Shown here piece by piece: positions 25,510 through 38,600 of a stretch of 64,000 bases of DNA. Under the pieces are notes generated by a model, which was given only the letters and a program-made list of their open reading frames with translations, did not search any database and was not told the DNA's origin. A program made the position numbers and the translations under genes. Origin of the DNA: Negaprion brevirostris (taxonomy: Eukaryota); assembly GCA_030324005.1 (NCBI GenBank), contig JARDVH010000106.1, positions 42,622,077 through 42,686,076 on the forward strand, in the 5' to 3' direction. Positions within the stretch are counted from its first letter, which is position 1, and each line of letters opens with the position of its first letter.

Positions 25510-27520
25510 AGCAGAATTTTACAGTGCCCACCAACACGTTTAAAGCAAAGGCTTCATAAAATGCACTGGCCCACCTGCCATGACCTGTCTACGCCATTAT
25601 GACGGTGGTTGACACACCCACCCTTAGGTCTATTGAGACCCTTAAGAGGCAAATTAATGGCCACTTAAGTACTGAATCTTGCCCCTGCTGCTAATTTACC
25701 TGAAAACATAGGAGGCCCAAGCCAGGGGATAGTACACCAGATTTTATTGGTTGTGGGGCTCCCTTGTGACCATTGAAGGCACTCCATCAAAGGCTATACC
25801 TGCCACTCCCCTCCTGATCTCTCAAACCCAGTCCTCACACGCCATTTGCATTCTCACTCAGGGCCTGCTAACCACTTTCAGTGTCCTGCCCTGTGGCAGT
25901 GCCACCACCTTCAGCCTGCGGAGCTGGACCTGATGTGGTCAGAAGAAAAGGGGATTTGGATAGGCAGGACACTCCTGGAGTCACCTCTATAGGTGTCCTG
26001 GAGTGTGCACCTGCTGATCCTCCCTGTGGGTGTTCCAGGAGTGCTGACTACCACCTTTGGAGGGAGGGGCAGCTGGAGTGAGCTGATATTGACACTGGTG
26101 GATACCAGCAAGTGGATTGCATCTCCTGCAGCAGTGTTGATCTTGGTGCATTGGCCTGTTGAAGCCATCACCTCAGACTGAAGTTGGTCATACTCCTCCA
26201 AGAAGGCTTGCAATCTGAAGAGCGTAGCAGACATTCTGCTCTGATTTTCCCTACCTTGCCTTGCTTCAGAGGCCCATCATCTGATTCGAACTCAGTAGAT
26301 TTCCAGCCTCCAGCAATCCTCTGAGTGCCGGCATCCTGGGATGTCCCTACCTCCATCTGCTGTGGAACAAACAATGCAATGGTTTCACCAGATTGTCACT
26401 CCTAGGCTGCTCTTAACCTAGATCTCACTGTGTCTCTCTGCATTGGTGGAGGGAATGTTGTGATGGTTCTGCTATTTTAGGGTCCGTTAATTCATGACCT
26501 ATGTTGTTGTCAGAAGTAGAGTTGAGGACCTGGCTTGTGGACCCCCACAGCTGCTTCCCAGATGTGCCTGCGACAGAAAGGAGAGGTCATTAGGGCATGG
26601 GAGAGGTGTGAGAAACAGGAGACATCAGTCACAGCCTGGCAGTCTGATGGATGCTGCAATATGGGATTCTCACTGAGTTGAGAGCCACCAACCTCGCTAT
26701 CAACCCAGGAACAGTCTGTGTCCTCTCTGGCCAGCTGGATGGCTCTTTCCTCAATGTCTGTGAGGTCCTTCAGTTCCAAAATCCCTCCACAGTCTCGGAT
26801 CGCTCCCTCTAATTGTGAACCAGCTTGTCCTGCATGAAGACAGATGGAGGGAGGCCAGGCAAAATGATAAGGATCTCTGACATGTGTGAGCATTGAGTGG
26901 TGTATGGATGGGATGTGGACACATCCGCAAGGGAGATTAAGGTGTGTGTGAGAGAGAGAGAGTGAGTGATGGTGAACCTTGTGCTGGCAGTGAGTGTGAT
27001 CCATGTAGATGTGTGATGGAGCTGTGACTGTGAGAGTTGAGAGCGATGAGTGACTTACCTTGATGGAACAAAGGAAATCATTCATCTTCTTGAGGCACTG
27101 ATGGCAGTCCTCTTCTGAATGGCATTCGCACTGACCACTGCTACCATCGCTCCCCAGGTTGGACTGGCAACCTTGCTGGCAGGTTTTCGTCCAGACTACA
27201 AAGTACATCACACACCTCCACTGCAACCAGCAGGCGACCAATNNNNNNNNNNTGAACTTGGGTGCAACAGTTTCCTGAGTCTGGCAGCCATCACTTCCCA
27301 GCAAACTCTGTGCCAGCTGTGTGCAGGGGCAGCCTTTAAATGTGGCACCTGAATCATTGAAGTGTTGAGATGGTGGCTGGGTGAGCAAATCATTGGTTAT
27401 TTGCCAGCAATATGGCATGGAACACAAACCTGCCAATTTGCTTCTCTAAATGCCATACTATATAGCAGAGAAAGCCGCCATTGCCATCGGAGGGCTCAAC
27501 ACCACTTCTCCTGCCCCAAA
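25510..27520 (-). mobile_element. Harbinger-type element with Myb/SANT-like gene remnant
   Basis: Minus strand 27060-27270 with frameshifts reads APKF..GRLLVAVEV..GRKP..WGAMVAVVSANAIQKRTA-QCLKKMNDFL, followed by donor AAG|gtaagt. Confidence 0.7.
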
Positions 27521-27554
27521 TTGGACTTTGCTGATATCATAGACAATTCCACTA

Positions 27555-27790
27555 CGGGAAAACCACCACTTGGAAGCTCCCCTCCAAGCCACTTCCACCA
27601 CGACTTGGAAATATATTGCTATTCTTTCACTGTCACTGAGTCAAATCCTGGAACTCCCTCCCTAACAGCACTGTGGGTGTACCTACACCACATGGACTAC
27701 AATCATTCAAGAAGACAGCTCACTACCATCTTCTCAGGGGCAATTAGGGATGGACATTTTTACTGGTTTGGCTAGTGATGCCAACATGTC
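27555..27790 (+). mobile_element. LINE 3' end
   Basis: aatcctggaactccctcctaacagcactgtgggtgtacct...gggcaattagggatgg, same family as 7620-8030. Confidence 0.75.
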
Positions 27791-28970
27791 TAGAATTTTG
27801 TTTTAAATAAAGATCTATTGAGCATAATGTAGTAGAAAAACACATACCTTTAGGTAGCACCTTTATGATAGATTTTTAAAATCAGAAGGCACAGAATTCA
27901 AAGAAAAAGAAACCAAGCAAAAGGAGATTTTAGGAGCACTAACGAAAAGTTATCAGATGAGTGGTAGAACAAGATAAGCGGTTCCAGAATCAGTTTGAGA
28001 TCCAAACATGCCTCACAATGGTTTGCATTAGATTTTTGTTTGTTACTGTTCAACAGTGAGTAGTTGCACAGATGTATCAAAAAGGTTTATTCAAAAAAAA
28101 TCAGGATGTGGCCATTGTTGATATTTATAGATCATCGCTAACTACCCTGAGGAAATGTTTGTTGTGGACCTTCTCTTTAGATTGCTACCATGCTCAGTCG
28201 CCAAGCTGCTCTCAAAACACTTTAGGTAGCAGATTCAGCAATGCTGATCAATCTTAAATATATTGCTGATTTAGTTCTTCTCAGAAGTAGAGTTTGAAGG
28301 GGAGGAAGGCATTGGTAAAATTTAACCATAGTGTCGGGGGGTTAGCAGGGTAAATGTGTGGGGTTATGGGAGTAGGCCCTGGGTGAGATTATGGTCAGTG
28401 TAGACTTGATAGGCTGAATGGCCTTCTTTTGCACTGTAGAGGTTTCATGATTCTAAGTGCATGTTGTAGATAGTACATATTGGAACTGTTGTGTGCTGGT
28501 GATGAGGGAGGGTAAAGACTGAAAAGTGGCAGGGTGGCTTGACTGAGCAAATTGCTCAGTCCTGGACCATAACCTGGGCCAGTAGTCTAACATGTCAAAG
28601 CAGAAAATGCTTTTGATAGGCTGAAAAAAAAACGATGTGCAAACCATCTGGATTTGTCACTAATTTCCACAATATACATCAATTCACCAGACAATCACTG
28701 GATGTACACCTAGCCAAATCAATTACCTTGGCGTGCAACACCCACAATCCATAATTGTTTTTCAAATTGACACTGGTTGTTTCTGTCAGATTTCAAGGAC
28801 TTCCTTTATCACAGGATTTTTTGATTGCTTCCTTCATTCAAACTTATTTGTCTCTTTTATACATGGAAAATAGGCATGAGAATATGCTAACTTTTTAATA
28901 ATTATCCTACACTTGAACTATTGTTTCCAAAAAATGCAGACTAATCATACCAGCATTGATTAAGTTTCAG

Positions 28971-29031
28971 TTACATTTTTCACAACTTTTCTCCATCTTG
29001 CAGCTTTATTTGAAAATAGGCTTGGTACAAG
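28971..29031 (+). CDS. Weak candidate signal-peptide exon LHFSQLFSILQLYLKIGLVQ(G)
   Basis: Acceptor aagtttcag, hydrophobic frame ending in phase 1 about 460 nt upstream of V exon 1. The donor (gtttcc) is weak and the ATG would need an upstream exon. Confidence 0.2.
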
Positions 29032-29069
29032 GTTTCCATTTCAAATACAGTACTGAGAGTTGGAAGTAC

Positions 29070-29330
29070 TGTCATAAAGTCATAGAGTTTCACAATGCAG
29101 AAAGTGGCCTTTCGGCCCAACACGTCAATGCCGACCATCAGGCACCGATCCATTCTTTATCCCATTTTCCAGCACTTGCTCTATAGCCTCATACGTTGTG
29201 GCATTTCAAGTGCTCACCTAAATGTTTCTCAAATGTTGTGAGGGTTTCTGCCTCCACCATCCTTTCAGGCAGTGAGTCCCAGATTCCAGCCACCTGAGAA
29301 AGTTTTTGCTTCCTGCCCCTTACCTCAAAT
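29070..29330 (-). mobile_element. CR1-type 3' fragment
   Basis: catagagt...ggcctttcggccca tail on the + strand and cttcaggcagtgag...gattccag-type remnant. Confidence 0.6.
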
Positions 29331-29494
29331 TTATTCCAATTCTCTTTGTGGAAATTTTCAATGTGAAATTGTTGCGTCTACATAGGCCATAAACTTCCTC
29401 AGAGCTGGAGCTATTCCACTCTTATGACTTTGCCAAAAGAAACCCATGTACACAAAGGGAATTAATAATACCTTAATTCTCTTTCTCTACCTAG

Positions 29495-29660
29495 GCGTCC
29501 AAACAACAAAACCTAAAACTCAAGGGAATGTAACAGCTGTGGAGGGTGATTCAGTAACCTTACGATGTGACGCTTCTGAAAAAAATGCCAAGATAGTACT
29601 GGTTGAATGGAATAAACTCAGAAACAAAACCACACTTGCTGTTAGCAGTTTAAACAGTAC
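29495..29660 (+). CDS. Ig V-set exon copy 1 (5' part; the rest falls in gap 29661-29760)
   Basis: Acceptor ctctttctctacctag, phase 1. Encodes (G)VQTTKPKTQGNVTAVEGDSVTLRCDASEKNAKIVLVEWNKLRNKTTLAVSSLNS with B-strand Cys and C-strand Trp. Paralogous to 32281-32598. Confidence 0.7.
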
Positions 29661-32600
29661 NNNNNNNNNNNNNNNNNNNNNNNNNNNNNNNNNNNNNNNN
29701 NNNNNNNNNNNNNNNNNNNNNNNNNNNNNNNNNNNNNNNNNNNNNNNNNNNNNNNNNNNNTAAACATAGCCCCTTTCGTAACATCACATAGTGTTTAGCC
29801 AATGAAGTACCCATGAAGTGTCGCTATTATTATAGTTTGGGTATCATGAAGGACAGGCTGCAAGTGTCATGAAAGTGATAGTGATAACATAATCTTCATC
29901 TATTGTGTATATTGGTTGAGGGATGAATATTGATCAGGAAATAATTCCCCTGTTCTTTATTGAATTAGTGTCAGGAGATCTTTTTACGTTCACCTGAGAG
30001 GGCAGATGTGACCTTGATTTAGCATCACATCCAAGAGACAGTGCAGGACTCTCTCACCACTGTATTAGCCTGTTAGCCTAGATTTTGATGTTTGTGGCTC
30101 TGGGATGGAAAATAAACCCACATCTTTTGACTTCAAAGTTGGGCATGCTATTAACTGAGGTACAGCTGAAATACTGGAATGATTTTTTTTGTGCTTTATG
30201 GCCACTGCACGCAAGGCTTTCAACTCTATGTATAGCACAAAACTTTCACATGACCTCTTCAGATATCCACCTGGATGTGTGCAGTTTGCAGCAGGAATCA
30301 CAAGACAGTGATCAGAAGTGTTGATGCTTTTCCTCTCTAAGTCCAGTCTGTAAAATATAATTCAAACTTTTATTGCTCCTTAGTTTTGACCAACTAACTC
30401 AGCACGCACCCGGGTATTGAAATCAGGACATTCAGGCTGACTGATGAGTTATGTGATCGCATTAATTCAAGAAATAAATACCGCATTCCACAACTTCCAG
30501 TCCTATATCCTCTATATAGTCACTGACAGCCTGAGTATCAGCTCGGCTCAAAAGCAGCTCCTTGTCTCTCTCTCTGTAACAAGGTCGTAGATTTAAGTCT
30601 CATGATTTGAATGTACATAATCTGGACTCAAATTTCAGTAGACTGTTGAAGATGCTCTAGCCTGACGGAGGTACTAATTGGAGCCAATCTGTCTCTTTGT
30701 TGATGTATGAACAAATTCAGTTGTGGTTTGGGCTCTGTGCTTTCAATGGGTTCAATTCCCAATCAGGAAACCTAGCTCTGCAGAGCAGGTTTGAGTGGCT
30801 GAATTTTCTGTTCCAGTGGTGTAATTTTTTAAAGAGCATCAAATTATTCTAATGTCTTGACCAACTTTCCATCTCATTACTCTTTGTGGGAACTAGAGTG
30901 TTAAAGTCAGCTTCTGCATTTACCTAGGCTGGAAATTTCCTTGGAGCTGCTCCCACTCCACTGTAATAGAATCACAAAACTATTTCTGCACATAAGGAGA
31001 TCATTGGATCCATTGAGTACATGTCAGGTCTCTGGAAGAACAATTTAGCTAATCCCACTCCCCATTTCTTCCCTCGTAAACCTACTTTTTTTTCCCCTTT
31101 CAAATGCAATTCTCTTTTGAAAGTCACAGATGAATCTCCCTCAAATACACTCTCAGGAAATGCATTCCAGATTCTAACCACTTGTTATGTAGAAAAAGAT
31201 TATGCTTCTGTGTTTTTGTCAATCACTTTAAGTCACTGTTCTTCGGTTACCAGTCTTTCCACCAGTGGAAACAGTTCCTTTATATCAACTCTGGCTTGAT
31301 CCCTCCTGATTTTGAGTCTGATATTCTGTCATCTTTCTCTAAGGTGAACAATCCCAGTTTCTCCAATCCATCCGCTTGACTGAAGTCTTTCATCACTGGA
31401 ATCATTCTTATATTTTTTGTTCTGCACCCATTTAATGCTGCTCTAAAGTGAGATGTCCAGAATTGGACAAATACTTCCAAATGGGGCAAACCTATAATTT
31501 AAAATAGCCCATCATAAACTCTTTGATTATATACTAAATGCAGAATCTATAAACCCCAAGATTTCGTAACTGCTCCCTCATTTTGGGCTACCTCCTTCAA
31601 TGATTGGCACATAAATACATATACATATATTACACATGCACACACACATCCCAAAATCTCTCTAGTATTGTACCTGAGACCAAGTGGTCACATGATGACA
31701 CGGCTACTAAAGGAGTTACACGTTGGGAGTTTTTCCTGGAGCACAGACAGAGTTGCAGCATGCAAGAGCTACTAACTGTACTTAATAAACTGTTGTTGTT
31801 ATAAGTCCTTGGTCACCAGCTGTGGGAACCCAGATTTCTACAATACCCATTTATTTGTTATACTCTTAATTTTGAGAGTACATAATCTGGATTCAAATTT
31901 CAGTAGACTGTTGAAGGTGCCTGAGGGGGTGCTAATTGGAGCCACAGCTATCTCTTTGTTAATGTATGAACAAATTCAGTTGTGGTTTGGGCTGTGTGCT
32001 TTCAATGGGTTGATGGAAATCATTGTTTAGGCAAATAAATGGATTTTCAACAATGTTGTTGCAAAGAAGCAAAAGCAATTCTAAGGAAATTCATAACCCT
32101 ACCAGACATCCTTGTCTATAAAACACTGCAGGACAGCCTAATGATGTGTGAGGGTTGTATACAGGTGCAAATTCTTTCTGGTACATCAGTATTTACTCTA
32201 ATTGTATCCACGTTTATTATAATAAAAACAATTTCAAAGTGAATTGATAATATCTTAATTCTCTTTCTTTCTCTACTTAGGAGTCCAAATATCAAAAACT
32301 AAAGAGAATGTAACGGCTGTGGAGGGGAATTCAGTAACCTTACGATGTGATTCTTCAGAAAAGAATGCCAAGATAGTACTGGTTGAATGGAATAAACTCA
32401 GAAACAAAACCACACTTGCTGTTAGCAGTTTAAACAGTACACATCATTTCAATCAGCGAATAAGAATGGAAGTCAAAGATCAACATTCCACAATCACAAT
32501 CCAAGAAGCTCTCCAATCAGACAAAGGCTGGTATTCCTGCATATTCCAAACCTATCCAAATGGAAAACAGGAGGACCAAATATATTTGGATGTAAAAGGT

Positions 32601-35600
32601 AAAGATAGAGTCTTAGAAAATATTCTACATGTATAAATTGCATATATATGGCAAAAACTAACACAATTGAAGAATCATAGAATCCCTACAGTGCAGAAAG
32701 AGGCCATTCAGCCCCTCTACACCAAAAGCAAACCCACCCAAGCCCTATCCACTTAACATCATGTATTTACCCTGCTAATCTCCCTGACACGAAGGGACAA
32801 TTTAGCATGGCCATTCAACCTATCCATCCATCTTTGCATTGTGGGAGGAAACCGGAGCATCTGGAGGAAACTCGTGCAGATACGGGGAGAAGGTTCAAAC
32901 TCCACACAGGCAGTCACCCAAAGCCAGAATTGAATCAATGGTTAGCACGGTGAGGCAGCAGTGATAACCACTGTGCTGCCCAGTAAATACTCTAACTTAT
33001 AGTTTTCCTTTTAATGTGATGAACAAAAAGATGCTCTCACTCCTGTCCACAGAGCCCCAGGAGTAATTCAACTCTCTCACTCCTATCCAGAGTTCCAGGA
33101 GTATCTCTATTCCATGACTCCTATCTTGAGTCCAGGAGCATCTCTACTCTTAGACTGCTGTCCACAGAGTCCCAGAAGTATCTCTACTCTCTCACTCCTG
33201 TCCACAGAGCCCCAGGAATATCTCTACTGTCTCATTCCTAACCGTTAAGTACATATGATTGCAAGTCCTTGGCCAAAACCTTTGACTTTCACAAGGATCC
33301 CCATTGGACTTATGAATGATGACGACATCTTTTCCTTACTACCCCCTTTGAGTTTCTGTGTACCCATATCTCTTGTACCATTAACACAACCTGTCCTTGC
33401 CTATTCCGGAATCTGTGTGTGACTGCTCCCATTCTTACATGTGGTCACCCATTCACTCCTCGCTTGTCAGCATTCCAGTTTCCCTTATCAGACATTAGCT
33501 TCCCACCACTTGGTCACCCTTCTGCCTGCCATCATTCCACACCATCCCCAACCTCTCCTTAACACTCTTGCAAGTGCCTGCTGCTCTTCTGCCTTCCATC
33601 ATGCCTCCTCCCCCCAAATCCATTGCAAATTCTTCCTGTCCTTCAGGTCCCCAACCTCCTGAAAAGCTTTCCTATCCCTTTGCCCTCCATTCACTTGTTA
33701 TCCTTCTCTTCCACCACCACCTCATTGAAATGCTGATTTCTGAATGTGCAATTCTGCCTGACTGTCTGGATACTGATGCACTGTGCTGTCCTTCAATAAA
33801 AATATAGCATTCCGATGGAGCGGACCCATACACCCCCCCCCAGTGGCAATATCGGTTTCTGTCTAATACTTGAACCCTGTCTGAATGCAACTGTAGTAAG
33901 AAGTCTCACAACACCAGGTTAAAGTCCAACTGGTTTATTTGGTAATAAACGCCACTAGCTTTCGGAACTCTGTTCCTTCATCAGGTGAGTGGGGAGTTCT
34001 GATCACCAATAGGGCATATAAATGCACACACAGTTTGCAGAACACTGATTAGAATGTGAGTCTTTACAGCTAATCAGCTAATCAAGTCTTAAAGGTAAGG
34101 CAATGTGAGTGGAGAGAGCATTAAGAATAGGTTAAAGAGATGTGTATTCTTATGTGTATTGTCTCTAGACAGGAATGAACGGTGAATGAACACCGCTCGA
34201 CAATTACTGGGCAAGACTGTTTCCTTCCTGTTGGCGAGCACCTCAGTGGTCACGGGCATTCGGCCCCTGATCTTTGGGTAAACATTCTCCAAGGCAGCCT
34301 TCATGACATACGACAGTGCAGAGTCACTGAGCAGAAACTGATAGCCAAGTTCCGTACACGAGGACAGCCTCAATCAGGATCTTGGGTTTATGTCACACTA
34401 TTTATAACCCCCATGACTTGCCTGGGATTGCAACATCTCTCTTACTGTCCCGTCTGGAGACAATACACATCTCTTTAACCTATATTTAATGCTCTCTCCA
34501 TTCACATTGTCTGCACCTTTAAGACTTGTTTAGCTGATTAGCTGTAAAGACTCGCATTCTAATCAGTATTCTGTAAACTGTGTGTGCATTTATATGCCCT
34601 GTTGGTGATCAGAACTCCCCACTCACCTGATGAAGGCACAGTGNNNNNNNNNNACTATAACCTGGTGTTGTGAGACTTCTTGCTGTGTTTACCCTAGTCC
34701 AACGCCGGCATCTCCACATCATAAATACAACTGCACAGTTGTGTCCTTGGAACTAAGATGGCAGCTAATGGGAGAAGACCAACCTGTAGCCCAGCATTCC
34801 ACAGGCATGACAACAAGACTAGCACAGCAGTGTGGCAGATAGACTACCTGCATGAAGCACTCATCTCAAAATTGCAAGCAGCGTGACATCCAACCTATGC
34901 ATGCTATCTTTTTCAAATATGATTCGGATCAACATGGTTTTTCACTGATTGGAAGGCAGCACATGATTCTGGCAAGGAGCTAATTTAACAAGCAGCTATG
35001 AGATTGTAATGAATGCATAGGGCGTACACATCACTACTCAGCAAGATGGCCAATTTGCCATTAATCCGCTATCAGGAAAATTACAAACTATTTTTACACC
35101 AGCAGGTTTCTGACTCTTTTGCTCCCATTAGATTCTCTGCTCCCATCCACCACTGGCACGATGGGAAACTTCCACCCATGGCCGGGAATTTAAAGTATCA
35201 GATTAGAATCTTCATTTTTTGTTATAATCATTGATAATTAATAATTGATTACAGTGGACAGAGGAAATTGTGGGGCATAGTGCTATAGGCACCAGTAATG
35301 GTGAAATTTGAATTCAATAAAAAAATTTGGAATTAAAAGTCTAATGAAAATCGTGACACTTGTCAGTTGTAAAAATCCACCTGGTTCACTAATATCTTTA
35401 GGGAAGGAAATCTGCCATCCTTACCTGGTCTGACCGACATGTGACTCCAGATCCATAATAATGGGATTGACTCTGAAATGGCCTAATAAACCATTCAGTT
35501 CAAGGGCAATAAGGGATGGGCAATAAATGCTGGTCCGGCCAACGATATCCACAGCTTGTGAATGAATAGGAAAAAGTTTAAGTAAGTAATTGTTTTGTCA

Positions 35601-38600
35601 TTAACAGATGTTAACATAACAAAGATTAAACAATCTCACATGGAATACTTCCCAATCTACATTTCAGGTGAGAAAGCTAACCAAATCCTCTTCCTGTATA
35701 ATTTGTTTGCTACTTTTTAAATTTCTATAAATAATTGTTAAATGTCCCTTACGCCAAATTATTGTTTTAAAATGGGAGGAATATGATGTAGAAAAGAATG
35801 ATATAGAAAACTTAAATGTATTTTGCAAATGTAAAAGAGAACATGAATATATTGATTATTTGTGAATTTAATTCTTCAGATCCTATATTAGCTATTTGTG
35901 TGTGGATGACTTGTGGCTCAATTGTAGCATCCCTATCTCTAGGCCAGATGCTCTGGGTTCAAGTCCCTCTCAGGACTTGTTGGCTGTGGAAGGAGCATTC
36001 ATNNNNNNNNNNNNNNNNNNTTTTTATAATGCAATGAGCAAGAAGTTGTATGACTGGCTACTTTTTGGGTCAGTTAACAAACAAAACAATTTGTAAAAAC
36101 TGTACTTTTGTGTCAATATTCAAATAAATGCAGCTTACAATCTTTTACTTCTCATGGATATATCTTACAAGATTGCAATTACTATCCATTAAAAGATAAA
36201 AGATACCGAGGCTTTCAATTCTGTATTTTTATTGCAGGCAAAATATTCCTCTGTGCACATATGTGGTGTAACACTGAAATAGAAGAGAATTATTTGCTGT
36301 TCCGTGTTGATGGTGGGAGATTCCAAATATAAATAATCTCAGTTGGTCAAGTTAAAATTCAGGTGGTAAACCAAAATGCAGTTCACAGAATCCCTACAGT
36401 ACAAAAGGAGACCATTCAGCCCATCGTCTGTACCGACCGCAATTCCATCCAGGCCCTATTCCCATAAGCCCACATGTTTACCCTGCTATTTCCCCTGACA
36501 CCAAGGGGCAATTTAGTATGGCCAATCAACCTAACCCACACATTTTTGGACCTTAATTCAGGTCATTGTCAGGAGCCAGCAGTACAAACAAAGCCTGAAG
36601 CCTTAAGCTCCCTCAGAAAGAAGATGCTGCATGCCATGATGCTGCCTTTTGCCTGGGAGATAAGAATAAGTGACAGATTCTAAGACAAGGGCTCTGTACA
36701 GACAGCCATATCCACAACTCATGGAACAATTTTCATGCTGCAACTGCATCAAGGGGCAATGTGAGAAGTACCACTGGATTGCTCTGCATTCCAATAGCTG
36801 ACAACCACAATTGGTATTTACATAGCCCTTTCAAAATAAGAAAGACAACTCAAGACCCTACTATGGAGCCACTATAAGACAAAATATGATACAGACCCTC
36901 TAAAGGGACATTAGGCTTTACAAGAAATGTGGTCAAAGAGGTAGGTTTTAAGGAATCTCTTAAAAGAGGAGAGAGTGGTAAATAGGAAAGAAAGTTCTTT
37001 CTCAAGTTTATTTATTAGTCATAAGTAGTCTTACACCAACACTGCAAATTAAGCTGCTGTGAAGATCCCCTGTTCAGGTACACTATGGAGAGTTTGGCAT
37101 GTTCAATTCACCTAACCTGCACATCTCTGGAGTGTGGAAGAAACTGGAGCACACAGGGGAAACCCACACAGACATGGGGAGAATGTGCAAACTCCACACA
37201 GACAGTGACTCAAGTCAGGAATTGAACCCAGGTCCCTGGCGCTGTGAGCCAGCAGTGCTAACATGCCATCCTAAGGAGGAATGGTTTTGGAAGGGAATTC
37301 CAGAGCTTAGGGTCAAAACAGTTAAAGGCACCATGTTTGATGGAGCGATTGAAATCAGGGATATTCAAAAGATCAGGATTTAATGAGTTTATATTGGAGG
37401 GTTCTGGGATTGGAGTTCACAGAGGTAGGAAGTAGAAAGACAATGCGCTGTTTGGAAAACCAGGATGAGAATTTTATAATTGCGTTTTAAAATGGATTGA
37501 GCAGGAGCCAGTTAGGTCAACGAGAACAGGTGGTGGGTGAATAAGTTTTCATGCAGGTTAGAAAACAGGTAGCAGAGTTTGTAATGACCTCAGAATGACA
37601 GAGGGTAAAATGCGGGAGACCAGGCAGGAGTGCATTAGAATGGCTAACGCTGGACATAACAAAGACACAGTTGAGGATTACAACAAAAGGGGACATTCTT
37701 ACAGAGGTGGAAAGAAGCTATCTTAGTGATGGCACGGATATTTGGTAGGAGGTTCATGTTGGGGTCAAATATAACATGAGGGTATGAGCAATCTGGTTCA
37801 GCCACAAACAATTGCCAGGGAGAGGAGTGAAGTCAGTGGCAAAAGATCAGAGTCTGCGGCGGGGACCAAAACCAATTGTTTCTATTTTCCCAATATTTAA
37901 TCAGAAGAATTTTCTGTTCATCCAGTACCTGATGCCGAACAAGCAGTACGACATTTTACAGAAAGCTATGGTTGAGGAAGGCAACAGTGCAGTAGAGGTA
38001 GGTGACATCTGTGCACTTGTGGAAATGGACATGTTTTTGGAGGAGTGAGGTCTCACCCAGTTAAATGCTGGAGGAGAGGCATTGGAGGAGAATGGTGTAA
38101 CCAACCATGTCAAAAGCTGCAGACAGTTTGAGAAGTGTGATGAGGAATAGTTTATCTTTTGGTACTGTGGCAAGAACGAGAGTCTGATTGGAGGTATTCA
38201 GGGTAGGCCGGACATATATTTGTGAGGTGACAACAGATCCAAGGAACTTAGCGTGAAGAGGTGAGGCAGTAGTTTTCAAGTATAGAGATGTCAAAGGTTT
38301 TTTTTGAGTAGGGGGTGATAAGACAGATTTGAGGGAGAGAATCTGAGGAAAGATAACAGTTAACAATATTAGCTAAAATGGGAACCAGGAAGGGAAGTTA
38401 GATTGGCAGTTTAGTTGGGATTTGCTCAAGAGAGCAAGAGATGTGCCTTATGGACAAGATGAACTCAAAGGGTTTGAGGTAGATAGGAGAGAAACTAGAG
38501 AAAGAAACAAGCTCAGGATTAAGGCCTTGATCTTATTGGAAAAGTAATCTGTGGGTACCTCCCACTTGTTGGGGGTGAGAATAGATGAGACAAGGGAAAA

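Noticed and set aside
26510-27436. 308-aa ORF as a host gene
   Set aside because: It reads through a frameshifted Harbinger Myb-like remnant, its intron and a gap.
28018-28061. MVCIRFLFVTVQ followed by donor gtgagt as the leader exon
   Set aside because: It ends in phase 2, incompatible with the phase-1 V exons, and the phase-1 frame has no ATG.
31666-31845. Short segment with TATTGTA/TACAATA inverted ends and AATAAA, resembling a small solo LTR
   Set aside because: No target-site duplication and no second copy in the window.
32599-32680. Search for recombination signal sequences after the V exon (rearranging Ig/TCR V segment)
   Set aside because: The exon already encodes the G strand and ends in a splice donor, and no CACAGTG heptamer or nonamer follows.
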